From: an uncultured Bacilli bacterium
GTDB lineage: Bacteria > Bacillota_I > Bacilli_A > RF39 > UBA660
Direction: 5' to 3'
Assembly (NCBI GenBank): GCA_947629305.1
Contig: CANRDD010000002.1
Coordinates: forward strand, 1-52,315
Length of the DNA stretch: 52,315 nt
Part shown: one piece after another, positions 9,237 to 18,412 of the stretch
Numbering within the stretch: position 1 is the first letter of the stretch
Layout of the letters: every line of letters starts with the position of its first letter
Translations under genes and position numbers: made by a program
The notes under the pieces: generated by a model
Databases searched by the model: none
What the model was told of the DNA's origin: nothing
Seen by the model: only the letters and a program-made list of their open reading frames with translations

Positions 9237-9923
9237 ATGGTCATGATGAATAAATATTTTAAATTAGTAATAGTTATAATATTGATATTAATAGGGTTTA
9301 TGTTTTTTAAGAATGATAATGAATATTTAGATCATAATTTAATTGAAAGCAAACTTGAAAGTAAAGTTGAAAGTAATATGTTATCTATTATGCTTGAAAC
9401 GGGTGAAGAAACGGGACAATATGTTCAAACTTATAGTACAGAATGGCAAGATGAAGAATATGAATTTAACCCAGACTTATCAAAGTGTGAAAATGGTAGT
9501 AAATTAGAATGGAATGCTGAAAATAAATCGGTTGTTTTAAAAACTACAACAAGTGATAAATGTTATGTCTATTTTGATAAAAAGGCAAGTAAACCTTTAG
9601 AAATAGAAAATGTTGAAGTAGATAGTTCAAGTAATAATGTAAAACTTACAGTTAAAGCAACAGGAGGAACAGGAAAATATAGTTATTCTATTGATAGCAA
9701 TACATGCACTGAATGTGATGAACCAGTAAGTGGCAGTTGCTCAAGTCAAGGTGATAAATTAGTTACAGATATAAAAGATAATATAATTACTATTAATAAT
9801 CTACGTTTATGCACTGACCATAAATTAATTGTAAAAGTTCAAGATGAAAAAGGAAATAATGATACTTTTGAAGTTAAATTTTCTACGGGTGGTTATGCTT
9901 GTCTATCTTGCAAACCTGTTTAA
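9237..9923 (+). CDS. Hypothetical membrane-anchored, Cys-containing exported protein
   Basis: N-terminal TM segment (FKLVIVIILILIGFMFF). The extracellular part has paired Cys residues and an Ig-like segment (VKLTVKATGGTGKYSYSID). It is driven by the operator-covered promoter. Confidence 0.6.
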   Translation: MVMMNKYFKLVIVIILILIGFMFFKNDNEYLDHNLIESKLESKVESNMLSIMLETGEETGQYVQTYSTEWQDEEYEFNPDLSKCENGSKLEWNAENKSVVLKTTTSDKCYVYFDKKASKPLEIENVEVDSSSNNVKLTVKATGGTGKYSYSIDSNTCTECDEPVSGSCSSQGDKLVTDIKDNIITINNLRLCTDHKLIVKVQDEKGNNDTFEVKFSTGGYACLSCKPV

Positions 9924-10053
9924 TAGATAGTAAATATATAAATTTAGATACTATACCTTAATTTTATATATAATAAATATATAGCTTATTTAAAAATCTT
10001 TTTCTTTTTTTAAAAATATTGTATAATTTTAAATAGTTAGGAAGGAATATATA

Positions 10054-11148
10054 ATGACATATGTTACTTTAGAAAAAGATCCTTTAATTAAAGTGCCAAA
10101 TAAAATAGAATATTTTTATGATCCTAAATATATTTATATTCCCATTAATAATCCAGCTAATTTTCGCTTAGGATCTTTAGTTTTAAAAGATATGCCTATA
10201 TGTCATAATTATTCATCTATCTCGGGTATTATTCAAAAAATAGATGAACATTATTTAATGATTAGTAATGATTATAGAGAAAAATGTGTAAGAGTTAAAA
10301 AAATAAATAATAAAATAGATTTATATTCTTTAAATAAAGCTTTATCTATTTATGATCATGATTTATTTTTAAAATTTAAAAGTCTTAAAAAAATAGATAA
10401 TATTGTTATAAATGCCATTGATGATGAATTATATGTAGCTAATAATATTTTAAATTTTAAAGAAAATATTGATGATGTTTTAGAAATATTAGATAAATTA
10501 ATCTATTTATATAAAGCTAAAAAAACTTTAATTGTTATTAAAAATACCGAAAGTGATTTAATTGATGAATGTTTAGATTTAATAGGAACATATCCATCAA
10601 TTAAATTAACTTTATTAGAAAATTATTATTTATTAGAAAGAAAAGATATTATTTTAAATAAATTAAAAATAGATGAAAATAAGACATTATATTTAAGTAT
10701 GAATGAACTAGTTAAATTAGAAAAAATAGTTAAATATAATATGGTTGATAGTACTTTTCTTTTAACAATCTGTGGTGATGTGTTAAAAGAAAATAAAGTA
10801 ATAATGACAAAGAGATATGTTTCTTTAAAAGAATTAGTTTCTAAATATTTAGAAATAATAGATAATAATTATGTTATTATTGTTAATAGTTTAATTAATG
10901 GTTATGAAACTAGTTTAAATTTAATCTTAACTGATGATATTAAAGTAATTTATTTTATGAAGAAAAAGAAAGTAAGAGAAAGTAAATGTATTAGATGTGG
11001 TAAATGTTTAGAAGTTTGTCCTAAACATATTGATATTTTAAATGGAAATGATTATGAAGAATGTATTTCCTGTGGTTTATGTAATTATGTTTGTCCATCT
11101 TTTATTAATATTTTAAGTAGAATAAAGAAGGATGGTGAGAAAAAATGA
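10054..11148 (+). CDS. RnfC-like 2x[4Fe-4S] protein (degenerate nucleotide-binding core)
   Basis: RnfC_N-like barrel (YIYIPINNPANFRLGSLVLKDMPICHNYSSISGIIQKID). The middle segment INAIDDELYVAN sits where RnfC/PduS carry NGAECEPYL. Two ferredoxin motifs are present: CIRCGKCLEVCP and CISCGLCNYVCP. Confidence 0.5.
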   Translation: MTYVTLEKDPLIKVPNKIEYFYDPKYIYIPINNPANFRLGSLVLKDMPICHNYSSISGIIQKIDEHYLMISNDYREKCVRVKKINNKIDLYSLNKALSIYDHDLFLKFKSLKKIDNIVINAIDDELYVANNILNFKENIDDVLEILDKLIYLYKAKKTLIVIKNTESDLIDECLDLIGTYPSIKLTLLENYYLLERKDIILNKLKIDENKTLYLSMNELVKLEKIVKYNMVDSTFLLTICGDVLKENKVIMTKRYVSLKELVSKYLEIIDNNYVIIVNSLINGYETSLNLILTDDIKVIYFMKKKKVRESKCIRCGKCLEVCPKHIDILNGNDYEECISCGLCNYVCPSFINILSRIKKDGEKK

Positions 11149-12035
11149 CTTATTTACATACTAAAAATGATAATAAAAAAAGTATTCTTATTTATTTTAG
11201 TACTTTAATACCTTTAATAATATATGGTATATATAAAAATGGTTATTTATTATATCTAAATCATTATATTTCTTTTTTAAATATTTTTAAAATAGTTTAT
11301 TTAGTCTTAATTAGTTTATTAATATCAATTTTAATTGAATATTTATTTACGAAAAATATTAGTTTTAATTATAGTCATTTAGATTTAGTTATTATAGCTT
11401 TATTTTGTCCATATAATATATCGATATTATTATATAGTATTATAATATTAATATATAGAATTATAGATGAAGTATTTTTAAATAAATATAATATTAATAA
11501 AATAGCTTTAATGCATTTATTACTTGCTTTAATAATGTTTTTATTAGGTAAATATAGTTATTTAAATATAGCTGAGGCTAATAATATATATTTATTAAAT
11601 TTAGGAGATATTATTTTAGGAAGAGGAGTAGGAGGTATAGGAACATCAAGTATTATTTTAGGTATATTAAGTTATGGTATTCTTAGTTATTGTGCTCAGT
11701 TTAAAAAAAGTATTCCTTTAATATGTTATTTAAGTTATGTGATTAGTATTAGTTTAATCTTAATAATTAAACATAGTTTTCGTTTTAATTATTTATTTAT
11801 GGCGATGCCAATATTGGGATTTATATTTGTTAGTAGTAATACTATAGCAACACCGTATAAAAGAAAAGAAATGCTTATTTATGGGGTAGTTGTTGGCTTA
11901 TTAACAGGCATTCTTACTATTTTTATGCCGAATGAAGCGGTCTTTATTGCCACGATAATAGCCAACATTATATTTCTTTTAATAGAATATTTAGCAAAAA
12001 AGAAAAGAAATTTAAAGGAAATTAGGGGTATATAG
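11145..12035 (+). CDS. RnfD/NqrB-like polytopic membrane protein
   Basis: About 8 hydrophobic segments. ATGA overlap with the RnfC-like gene. The segment SSNTIATPYK sits where RnfD has the FMN-attachment TDPVT(S/T)P motif, but is poorly conserved. Confidence 0.4.
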   Translation: MTYLHTKNDNKKSILIYFSTLIPLIIYGIYKNGYLLYLNHYISFLNIFKIVYLVLISLLISILIEYLFTKNISFNYSHLDLVIIALFCPYNISILLYSIIILIYRIIDEVFLNKYNINKIALMHLLLALIMFLLGKYSYLNIAEANNIYLLNLGDIILGRGVGGIGTSSIILGILSYGILSYCAQFKKSIPLICYLSYVISISLILIIKHSFRFNYLFMAMPILGFIFVSSNTIATPYKRKEMLIYGVVVGLLTGILTIFMPNEAVFIATIIANIIFLLIEYLAKKKRNLKEIRGI

Positions 12036-12064
12036 GTAATATATATTAGTAGAGGGGAAGTTTT

Positions 12065-13792
12065 ATGGCTTACATTAGTGAGGATGTAATTAGAGAAATA
12101 AGACAACAAGCGGATATAGTTGATATCATATCTAGCTATTTACCCGTGGAACAAAAAGGGCGAAATTATGTGGCTCTTTGTCCTTTTCATGATGATCACT
12201 CTCCTAGTTTAATTATTTCTCCCGAAAAACAAATTTTTAATTGTTTTACGTGCCGAACCGGAGGAAATGTTTTTTCCTTTGTAATGAAATATCAAAATGT
12301 TACTTTTGTGGAAGCTTTAAAAATTATCGCCGATAAATGTGGGTATGATTTAAAAATAAGTGCTGATTATTCTTCCAAAAGCGAAATATTTAAGGAAGAT
12401 TATGAAATTATGGCTTTAGCTAATAAATATTTTATGAATAATATTAATACAGATATAGCTAGGGAAGCAAGGGAATATTTAGCCCAAAGGGGAATAACCG
12501 AAGAAATTATTAAAGAATTTAAAATTGGTTATAGCCTAGATGAGGCCAGTAACTTACATCAAGTATTGACAAAGAAAGGTTATAGTTTAGAAAAACAAGG
12601 AGAATTAGGTTTGGTTAATAAATATGGATTAGATGTTTTTGATACATTTCGTAACCGAATAATGATTCCTATCACCAATTTAGATGGCCAAGTTATTGCT
12701 TTCACCGGCCGGATTTTTCATGGCGAGGATCTAGCGAAATATTTAAATACAAAAGAAACAAGGATTTTTAAAAAAAGCCATATTCTCTTTAATTATCATA
12801 ATGCGCTGCCCTTTATAAGACAAGAGAAAAAAGTCATTGTGGTCGAAGGCAATATGGATGCTATTAAAGTTAGTGCCCATGGTCTTAAGAATGTCGTGGC
12901 TTTAATGGGAGTAGCCTTATCAAGTGAACAAATCCATATTTTAAAAAAGCTTTCTTGCCAAGTTATTTTATCTCTTGATAATGATGATGCTGGTTTTGAT
13001 GCTACTTTAAAACTAGGCCAAATGTTAAATGATGCCTTAATTGATGTTGCCGTAGTTCGACTAACGGGAGCAAAAGATCCTGATGAATATATTGAAAAAT
13101 ATGGGGTTAAAGCTTATCTTGATAATGTTAATCATGCTAGTAAATATTTAGATTTTAAAATTAATTATTTAAAAAGTAGTAAAGATTTAAAGAAAATAGA
13201 TGACTTAGTAGCTTTTGTTAAAGAAGTAATTAGTAGTTTTCAAAACGCTGATGACTTGACAAAAGAGCTAATTATCTCTAAAATAAGTAAAGATTATCAA
13301 ATTGATGCGGACATCTTGAAAAAGGAATTAGCCAAAGATAATAAACCTAAAGAAAAAAATGTTCCTTTGGCTCCAATGAAAAAAAACCGTTATGATGTTT
13401 TAGCTAGTAAAATATTATATGGCATGATGGATAATCCGGATTGGATTGATATTTATAAAAATAAGTTAGGTTATTTTGAAAGAAAAATAGAGAGAATAAT
13501 TGCAAGTGAAATTGTTTATTATAATAATGAATATGGGGGTATTAATGTTGCAGATTTTACAAGTTATGCTTTAAATAATGAAGAAATAAAGGATAAGGTA
13601 AGCAAAATTATAAATGAAGAAAGTAATAGTAATATTACGAAAGAAGAATTTGTTTTATACATAGATGCTATGTTAAAAGAATTAAAGAAAATGGAAATAG
13701 GGAAGTTAAAAGAAAATATTAAAAAAGAAATGGATATAAATAAAAAAGTAATGATGTTAGAAAAACTAACAGAATTAAAAAAGGAAGTGTAG
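12065..13792 (+). CDS. dnaG: DNA primase
   Basis: Zinc ribbon CPFHDDHSPSLIISPEKQIFNCFTCRTGGN and Toprim motifs (VEGNMDAI, SLDNDDAG). dnaG-sigA order. Confidence 0.95.
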   Translation: MAYISEDVIREIRQQADIVDIISSYLPVEQKGRNYVALCPFHDDHSPSLIISPEKQIFNCFTCRTGGNVFSFVMKYQNVTFVEALKIIADKCGYDLKISADYSSKSEIFKEDYEIMALANKYFMNNINTDIAREAREYLAQRGITEEIIKEFKIGYSLDEASNLHQVLTKKGYSLEKQGELGLVNKYGLDVFDTFRNRIMIPITNLDGQVIAFTGRIFHGEDLAKYLNTKETRIFKKSHILFNYHNALPFIRQEKKVIVVEGNMDAIKVSAHGLKNVVALMGVALSSEQIHILKKLSCQVILSLDNDDAGFDATLKLGQMLNDALIDVAVVRLTGAKDPDEYIEKYGVKAYLDNVNHASKYLDFKINYLKSSKDLKKIDDLVAFVKEVISSFQNADDLTKELIISKISKDYQIDADILKKELAKDNKPKEKNVPLAPMKKNRYDVLASKILYGMMDNPDWIDIYKNKLGYFERKIERIIASEIVYYNNEYGGINVADFTSYALNNEEIKDKVSKIINEESNSNITKEEFVLYIDAMLKELKKMEIGKLKENIKKEMDINKKVMMLEKLTELKKEV

Positions 13793-13798
13793 GTAGAA

Positions 13799-14896
13799 AT
13801 GGGCGAAATAAAAACGTTTGAACAAAGAACGGAAAGTTTAGTTAAATTAGGGAAAGAAAAAGGATATATTACTTTTGAACAATTAGCGGAAGAATTAAAA
13901 GGGTTAGATATTGATAGTGATGCTTTAGATAACTTATATAATATTTTAGTTGAAAATAAAATTGAAGTTGTGGAAGATTCAGAAGAAGCAGATGGTTCTG
14001 GTGGGGAAATTAAGTTAACAGAAGAACCAATTATTTTAGCGGATGAAGAAATAACCAAAGATGTTAATATTAATGATCCTGTTCGGATGTATTTAAAAGA
14101 AATTGGGCGAATTAGCTTATTATCAAATGAAGAAGAAATGGAAATATCCAAGAAAGTCGCAGATGGTGATGAAGAAGCCAAAAGAATTCTTGCTGAATCT
14201 AATTTAAGATTAGTTGTTAGTATTGCCAAAAGATATGTTGGAAGAGGTTTACTATTCTTAGATTTAATTCAAGAAGGTAACATTGGGTTAATGAAGGCTG
14301 TTGATAAATTTGATTATGACAAAGGTTATAAATTTTCAACTTATGCGACATGGTGGATTAGACAAGCTATAACAAGAGCCTTAGCTGATCAAGCCAGAAC
14401 AATTAGAGTTCCTGTTCATATGGTTGAAACAATTAATAAGATGTCAAGGATTCAAAGACAATTAACTCTAGAATTAAATAGAGAACCAAGTGAAGAAGAA
14501 ATAGCTAAAAAAATGGGTGTATCAGTTGATAAAGTTAGAGAAGTTTTAAAGATAAGTCAAGAACCTGTTTCTTTAGAAACACCAATTGGCGAAGAAGAAG
14601 ATTCCCATTTAGGTGATTTTCTAAAAGATGAAGGAAGTTTATCACCAGAAGAATATACAGAAAATGAAATATTAAAGGAAGAAATAAAAGAAGTATTAAT
14701 GAGTTTACAAGCTAGAGAACAAGAAGTCTTAGAATTAAGATTTGGGCTTGTTGATGGAACTTGTCATACCCTAGAAGAAGTTGGGAAGAAATTTAATGTT
14801 ACCAGAGAAAGAATAAGACAAATTGAAGCTAAAGCCTTAAGAAAATTAAGACATCCATCTCGGGCTAAAAAACTTCGTGATTTTCTTGAGGATTAA
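13799..14896 (+). CDS. sigA: RNA polymerase primary sigma factor
   Basis: Region 2 ([32 protein letters not shown]), region 3, and region 4.2 ([30 protein letters not shown]). Confidence 0.97.
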   Translation: MGEIKTFEQRTESLVKLGKEKGYITFEQLAEELKGLDIDSDALDNLYNILVENKIEVVEDSEEADGSGGEIKLTEEPIILADEEITKDVNINDPVRMYLKEIGRISLLSNEEEMEISKKVADGDEEAKRILAESNLRLVVSIAKRYVGRGLLFLDLIQEGNIGLMKAVDKFDYDKGYKFSTYATWWIRQAITRALADQARTIRVPVHMVETINKMSRIQRQLTLELNREPSEEEIAKKMGVSVDKVREVLKISQEPVSLETPIGEEEDSHLGDFLKDEGSLSPEEYTENEILKEEIKEVLMSLQAREQEVLELRFGLVDGTCHTLEEVGKKFNVTRERIRQIEAKALRKLRHPSRAKKLRDFLED

Positions 14897-15532
14897 ATGA
14901 AAAAAAGACTAAAGGCTATAGCTTCTTTCGTGGACCCAGGAGATATAGTTTTAGATATAGGAACAGATCATGCTTATCTTCCTATTTATTTAGTGCAAGA
15001 AAATATTACCAAAGATGTTCTTGCCACGGATATCTCAGCAAAAGTTATTAAAACTGCCGAGAAAAATATTGCTCAGCATGGTTATACAAATATTATTAAA
15101 ACAAAAGTGGCTGATGGCTTTAATGATTTAGATTTTAAAGCGGATGTAGCTATTATTTCTGGTCTGGGAACAGAGACTATTATGCATATTTGTCAAAATA
15201 AAAATATACCTGATAAATTAATTATTCAAAGTAATAATAAATTAAATATCTTAAGAAAATTTATGCAAGATCTTGGTTACCGAATTGTAAAAGAAATCGT
15301 TATTTGGGATAAATATTATTATGATATTATTAAATATGAAAAAGGTTTAGATTCTTTAACCGAAGAAGAAATATTATTTGGCAAAAGTAATAATTTAGAA
15401 TATTTAGAACATGAATTAAAAAAATATCAATTATTATATCAGAAAAGTAAACAAGATATATTTTTATCCTATATTAATAAATTAGAAAAAAAAATAGAAA
15501 AATTATTGAAAGAAAACGGGAAGGGAATTTGA
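14897..15532 (+). CDS. trmK: tRNA (adenine22-N1)-methyltransferase TrmK
   Basis: N-terminal SAM-binding block VLDIGTDHAYLPIYL. Position after sigA resembles the Bacillus yqfN region. Confidence 0.8.
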   Translation: MKKRLKAIASFVDPGDIVLDIGTDHAYLPIYLVQENITKDVLATDISAKVIKTAEKNIAQHGYTNIIKTKVADGFNDLDFKADVAIISGLGTETIMHICQNKNIPDKLIIQSNNKLNILRKFMQDLGYRIVKEIVIWDKYYYDIIKYEKGLDSLTEEEILFGKSNNLEYLEHELKKYQLLYQKSKQDIFLSYINKLEKKIEKLLKENGKGI

Positions 15533-15775
15533 AGATACCTTTTCTTTTTTTATTTCTTGAAGATTAGTTTTCTTAGGTTCTTCTTTTTTAACTTCTTTGC
15601 TTGGCGTGCTTTTAAACTCTTTTGCTAACGATATAATACTTTTAGCATTACTTAACATGGGTTTTATTTCTTGAACAATGGGAATAGCTTGATTTGCAAT
15701 GGTTAAACCTTTTGATATTCCCCCTAAAATTTTGCCTAAACTTAAGGATTTAGTTACCATATTTGTTCCAAACAT
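15503..15775 (-). CDS. Small protein, possibly YqfQ/VrrA-like
   Basis: GGTGA RBS lies 5 nt before the ATG. The pattern LGKILGG..L.IANQAIPIVQEIKPML.N...II.LAKEFK resembles my memory of the Bacillus YqfQ C-terminal region, which lies near trmK. The 3' end overlaps the trmK 3' end by 30 nt. Confidence 0.4.
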   Translation of the reverse strand: MFGTNMVTKSLSLGKILGGISKGLTIANQAIPIVQEIKPMLSNAKSIISLAKEFKSTPSKEVKKEEPKKTNLQEIKKEKVSSNSLPVFFQ

Positions 15776-15881
15776 CTAAATCACCTATATAATAAATCAT
15801 ATGCAAAATTTTTGGGAATGTGTATTGATATATTTGTGATATTTTGATATACTTAACTTAGAATAAGGAGGTCTAAAACAA

Positions 15882-17450
15882 ATGGATGAAGCAATAGAAA
15901 ATAAACAAAAGGATAATTTAACATCTATTTTAAATATACCTCTTAATATTATTAAATATATGTTTACAGGTTTAAAATTTGTTTTATATGAAGGATTTAT
16001 TGAATTATTTAATTCTGCAAGTTATAAAGCTGATGCCGCTTATAGATCAGTAACTAAAAAAGATATGGCTTTAGAAGAAGGCGATATTTTATATGAAAAA
16101 ACAAAGAGTAAACCGAAAAAAGAAAAAGTATATAAATATAGTGAAAAAACTTTAGCTAAATTAGCTGAAGAACAAAAAGCTTTACAATTAGATTTACAAA
16201 ATGCCGGAGCAACAAGAAGTAAAGTACCTCATGTTTATTATTATAAAGTAAGAAAACCTGGGGAAAAGATTCAAACGGGAACAATGAATGGGTTTTCAAA
16301 ACTAGATGTTAATGCTTATTTATTAAATGAAGGTTATGAAGTTTATGTAATTAAAACAACGCCATTTATTGATTTTATGTATCAAGATTCGGGGTTCTTG
16401 GGTAATAAAAGAATGTCTACGAAAGACTTAATATTTTGGTTAACTCAATTATGTACTTATTTAAAAGCCGGGATTAAATTAAATGAAGCTATTAAAATAT
16501 TAAATCAACAAATGAAAGGAAATAAAGCTCGAAAAAGAGCGATGGATGCTATAAGTTATGAACTTCTTTTAGGTGAAAACTTTTCAAGGGCTATGGAAAA
16601 ACAAGGAAATATGTTTCCTCCTTTATTAATTAATATGATTAAAGCAGCTGAAGCATCAGGAACTTTAATTGAAACATTAGATGATATGGCTGATTATTAT
16701 ACGGAAATGGATGAAACAAGAAAACAAATGGTTAGTGCGATGACTTATCCGACCATTATCACGGTTTTCTCACTTGTTGTTATTGTCTTTATTTTAACCT
16801 TTGTTGTTCCCCAATTCACGGATATTTATGCTTCAAACGGAACACCAATTACAGGGATAACAAAATTAATTGTTAATATAAGTGATTTTATTAAGAATCA
16901 ATATGTTGTTATAATTGGTGTTATTGCTTTAGTTATCATTGGTTTAATTGTTATGTATAAATCCTTAAAAATCTTTAGGACTAATGTTCAAATTTTATTA
17001 ATGCATATTCCTATTGTTAAAAATGTTATTATATATAATGAAATGGCAATCTTTTCCAAAACATTTGCCTCTTTATTAAAAAATAATGTCTTTATCACGG
17101 ATAGTATGGATATTTTAAGTAAAATAACCACTAATGAAATATATAAAGCAATTCTTTACCGAACAATTAATAATATTGTTAAAGGGGAAAAGATTAGTGA
17201 AGCCTTTAAAGATCACTGGGCTGTTCCCGATGTTGCTTATTACATGATCGTCACAGGTGAATCAACCGGGGATTTAGCTAACATGATGCAAAAGGTTAGT
17301 GAATACTATCAAAGTATGCACCGTAATATTGTTAATAATTTAAAAGCATTTATTGAACCAGTTATGATCTCTTTACTTGCTTTAATAGTTGGAGCTATCA
17401 TCATTGCCGTTATTGTGCCAATGTTTGAAATCTATAATCAAGTTCAATAA
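15882..17450 (+). CDS. Type II secretion/type IV pilus platform protein (GspF/PilC/ComGB family)
   Basis: Two T2SSF repeats (LTQLCTYLKAGIKLNEAI.. and FSKTFASLLKNNVFITDSM..) with three TM segments. RBS AAGGAGG. A ~110-aa N-terminal extension precedes the usual start of the family. Confidence 0.85.
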   Translation: MDEAIENKQKDNLTSILNIPLNIIKYMFTGLKFVLYEGFIELFNSASYKADAAYRSVTKKDMALEEGDILYEKTKSKPKKEKVYKYSEKTLAKLAEEQKALQLDLQNAGATRSKVPHVYYYKVRKPGEKIQTGTMNGFSKLDVNAYLLNEGYEVYVIKTTPFIDFMYQDSGFLGNKRMSTKDLIFWLTQLCTYLKAGIKLNEAIKILNQQMKGNKARKRAMDAISYELLLGENFSRAMEKQGNMFPPLLINMIKAAEASGTLIETLDDMADYYTEMDETRKQMVSAMTYPTIITVFSLVVIVFILTFVVPQFTDIYASNGTPITGITKLIVNISDFIKNQYVVIIGVIALVIIGLIVMYKSLKIFRTNVQILLMHIPIVKNVIIYNEMAIFSKTFASLLKNNVFITDSMDILSKITTNEIYKAILYRTINNIVKGEKISEAFKDHWAVPDVAYYMIVTGESTGDLANMMQKVSEYYQSMHRNIVNNLKAFIEPVMISLLALIVGAIIIAVIVPMFEIYNQVQ

Positions 17451-17467
17451 ATAAGGGGATTTTGCAA

Positions 17468-18223
17468 ATGATAATATTCGTATTTCTAATGGGGACTATT
17501 TTAGGTTCATTTTATTTAGTTGTTGCGACAAGACTTCCTAAGGGAGAAGATATTTTATTTTCTCGAAGTCATTGTGATCACTGTCATAAAGAATTAAAAT
17601 GGTATAATTTAATTCCAATAGTCTCTTTTCTTGGCCAAAAAGGAAAGTGCACTTACTGTGGGGAAAAAATAGCTCTTTTAAATTTAACTTGTGAATTAAT
17701 CACTGGTTTATGCTTTGCTTTAGCATATTATTTTTTTGATTTTTCTTATAACTTTTGGGAAGGTCTTGTTATTATATCTTTAACCATTATTATTTTTATT
17801 AGTGATTTTAAATATATGATTATTCTTGATTCTCCCTTAGTTGTAGGCGTTATTGTAACCTTTGTTTTAAAATTAATTTATTTTGGCTTAAACCAAACTC
17901 TTTATGATATATTATGTGGTATTGCTTTATTTTGTGTAATGTTATTAATTGAACAAATAGGGCAAATAATCTTTAAAAAAGAAGCCTTGGGGGGAGGAGA
18001 TATTAAATTTGCTTTTTTAATCGGTTTTATTTTAAAATTTAGATTAGGTTTAATAGCTTTAATTTTATCAACTTTTTTAGCTTTACCATATTCGGTTGCA
18101 TCCTTATATTTGATTAAAAATAATGAAGTTCCTTATGGTCCTTTTTTAGCCGGATCACTAGCCATAATATTCTTTATGATGGATAAGTTTCAAACATTAT
18201 TTTCCTTTTTATTTCACATTTAA
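17468..18223 (+). CDS. Prepilin peptidase (A24 family, PilD/ComC)
   Basis: N-terminal zinc motif CDHC...CTYC, polytopic membrane domain, and catalytic Asp context GGGDIKF. AAGGGGA lies 8 nt before ATG 17468. Confidence 0.9.
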   Translation: MIIFVFLMGTILGSFYLVVATRLPKGEDILFSRSHCDHCHKELKWYNLIPIVSFLGQKGKCTYCGEKIALLNLTCELITGLCFALAYYFFDFSYNFWEGLVIISLTIIIFISDFKYMIILDSPLVVGVIVTFVLKLIYFGLNQTLYDILCGIALFCVMLLIEQIGQIIFKKEALGGGDIKFAFLIGFILKFRLGLIALILSTFLALPYSVASLYLIKNNEVPYGPFLAGSLAIIFFMMDKFQTLFSFLFHI

Positions 18224-18250
18224 AAAACTGCTTAATATTAGCAGTTTTTT
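18222..18250. terminator. Bidirectional terminator
   Basis: AAAAAACTGC ... GCAGTTTTTT: a CTGC/GCAG stem flanked by complementary A- and T-runs. It lies between pilD and a convergent small ORF. Confidence 0.6.
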
Positions 18251-18341
18251 AAACAAAATAAGCAATTAGACTAGCTATAACACTTGCTATCATCACTATT
18301 AACATAACCCAAGTTGCAATTTTTCTTGCTTTTTTACTCAT
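18249..18341 (-). CDS. Small (30 aa) membrane peptide, unannotated in ORF track
   Basis: ATG at 18341 with GGTG about 9 nt upstream. Translation is MSKKARKIATWVMLIVMIASVIASLIAYFV, a basic head followed by one TM helix. It ends at the bidirectional terminator. Confidence 0.4.
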   Translation of the reverse strand: MSKKARKIATWVMLIVMIASVIASLIAYFV

Positions 18342-18412
18342 TATTTTTCACCACTTTTCAAAATATCCATTAATAATTTATCATATTTTTAAACTTTTTA
18401 CAATATAGTTAA

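Noticed and set aside
13564-14229. 221-aa minus-strand ORF antisense to the dnaG 3' end and sigA 5' end
   Set aside because: It is entirely nested opposite two strongly supported genes. Its S/F/I-rich low-complexity translation is what the antisense of GAA/AAA-rich coding sequence produces, and there is no RBS.
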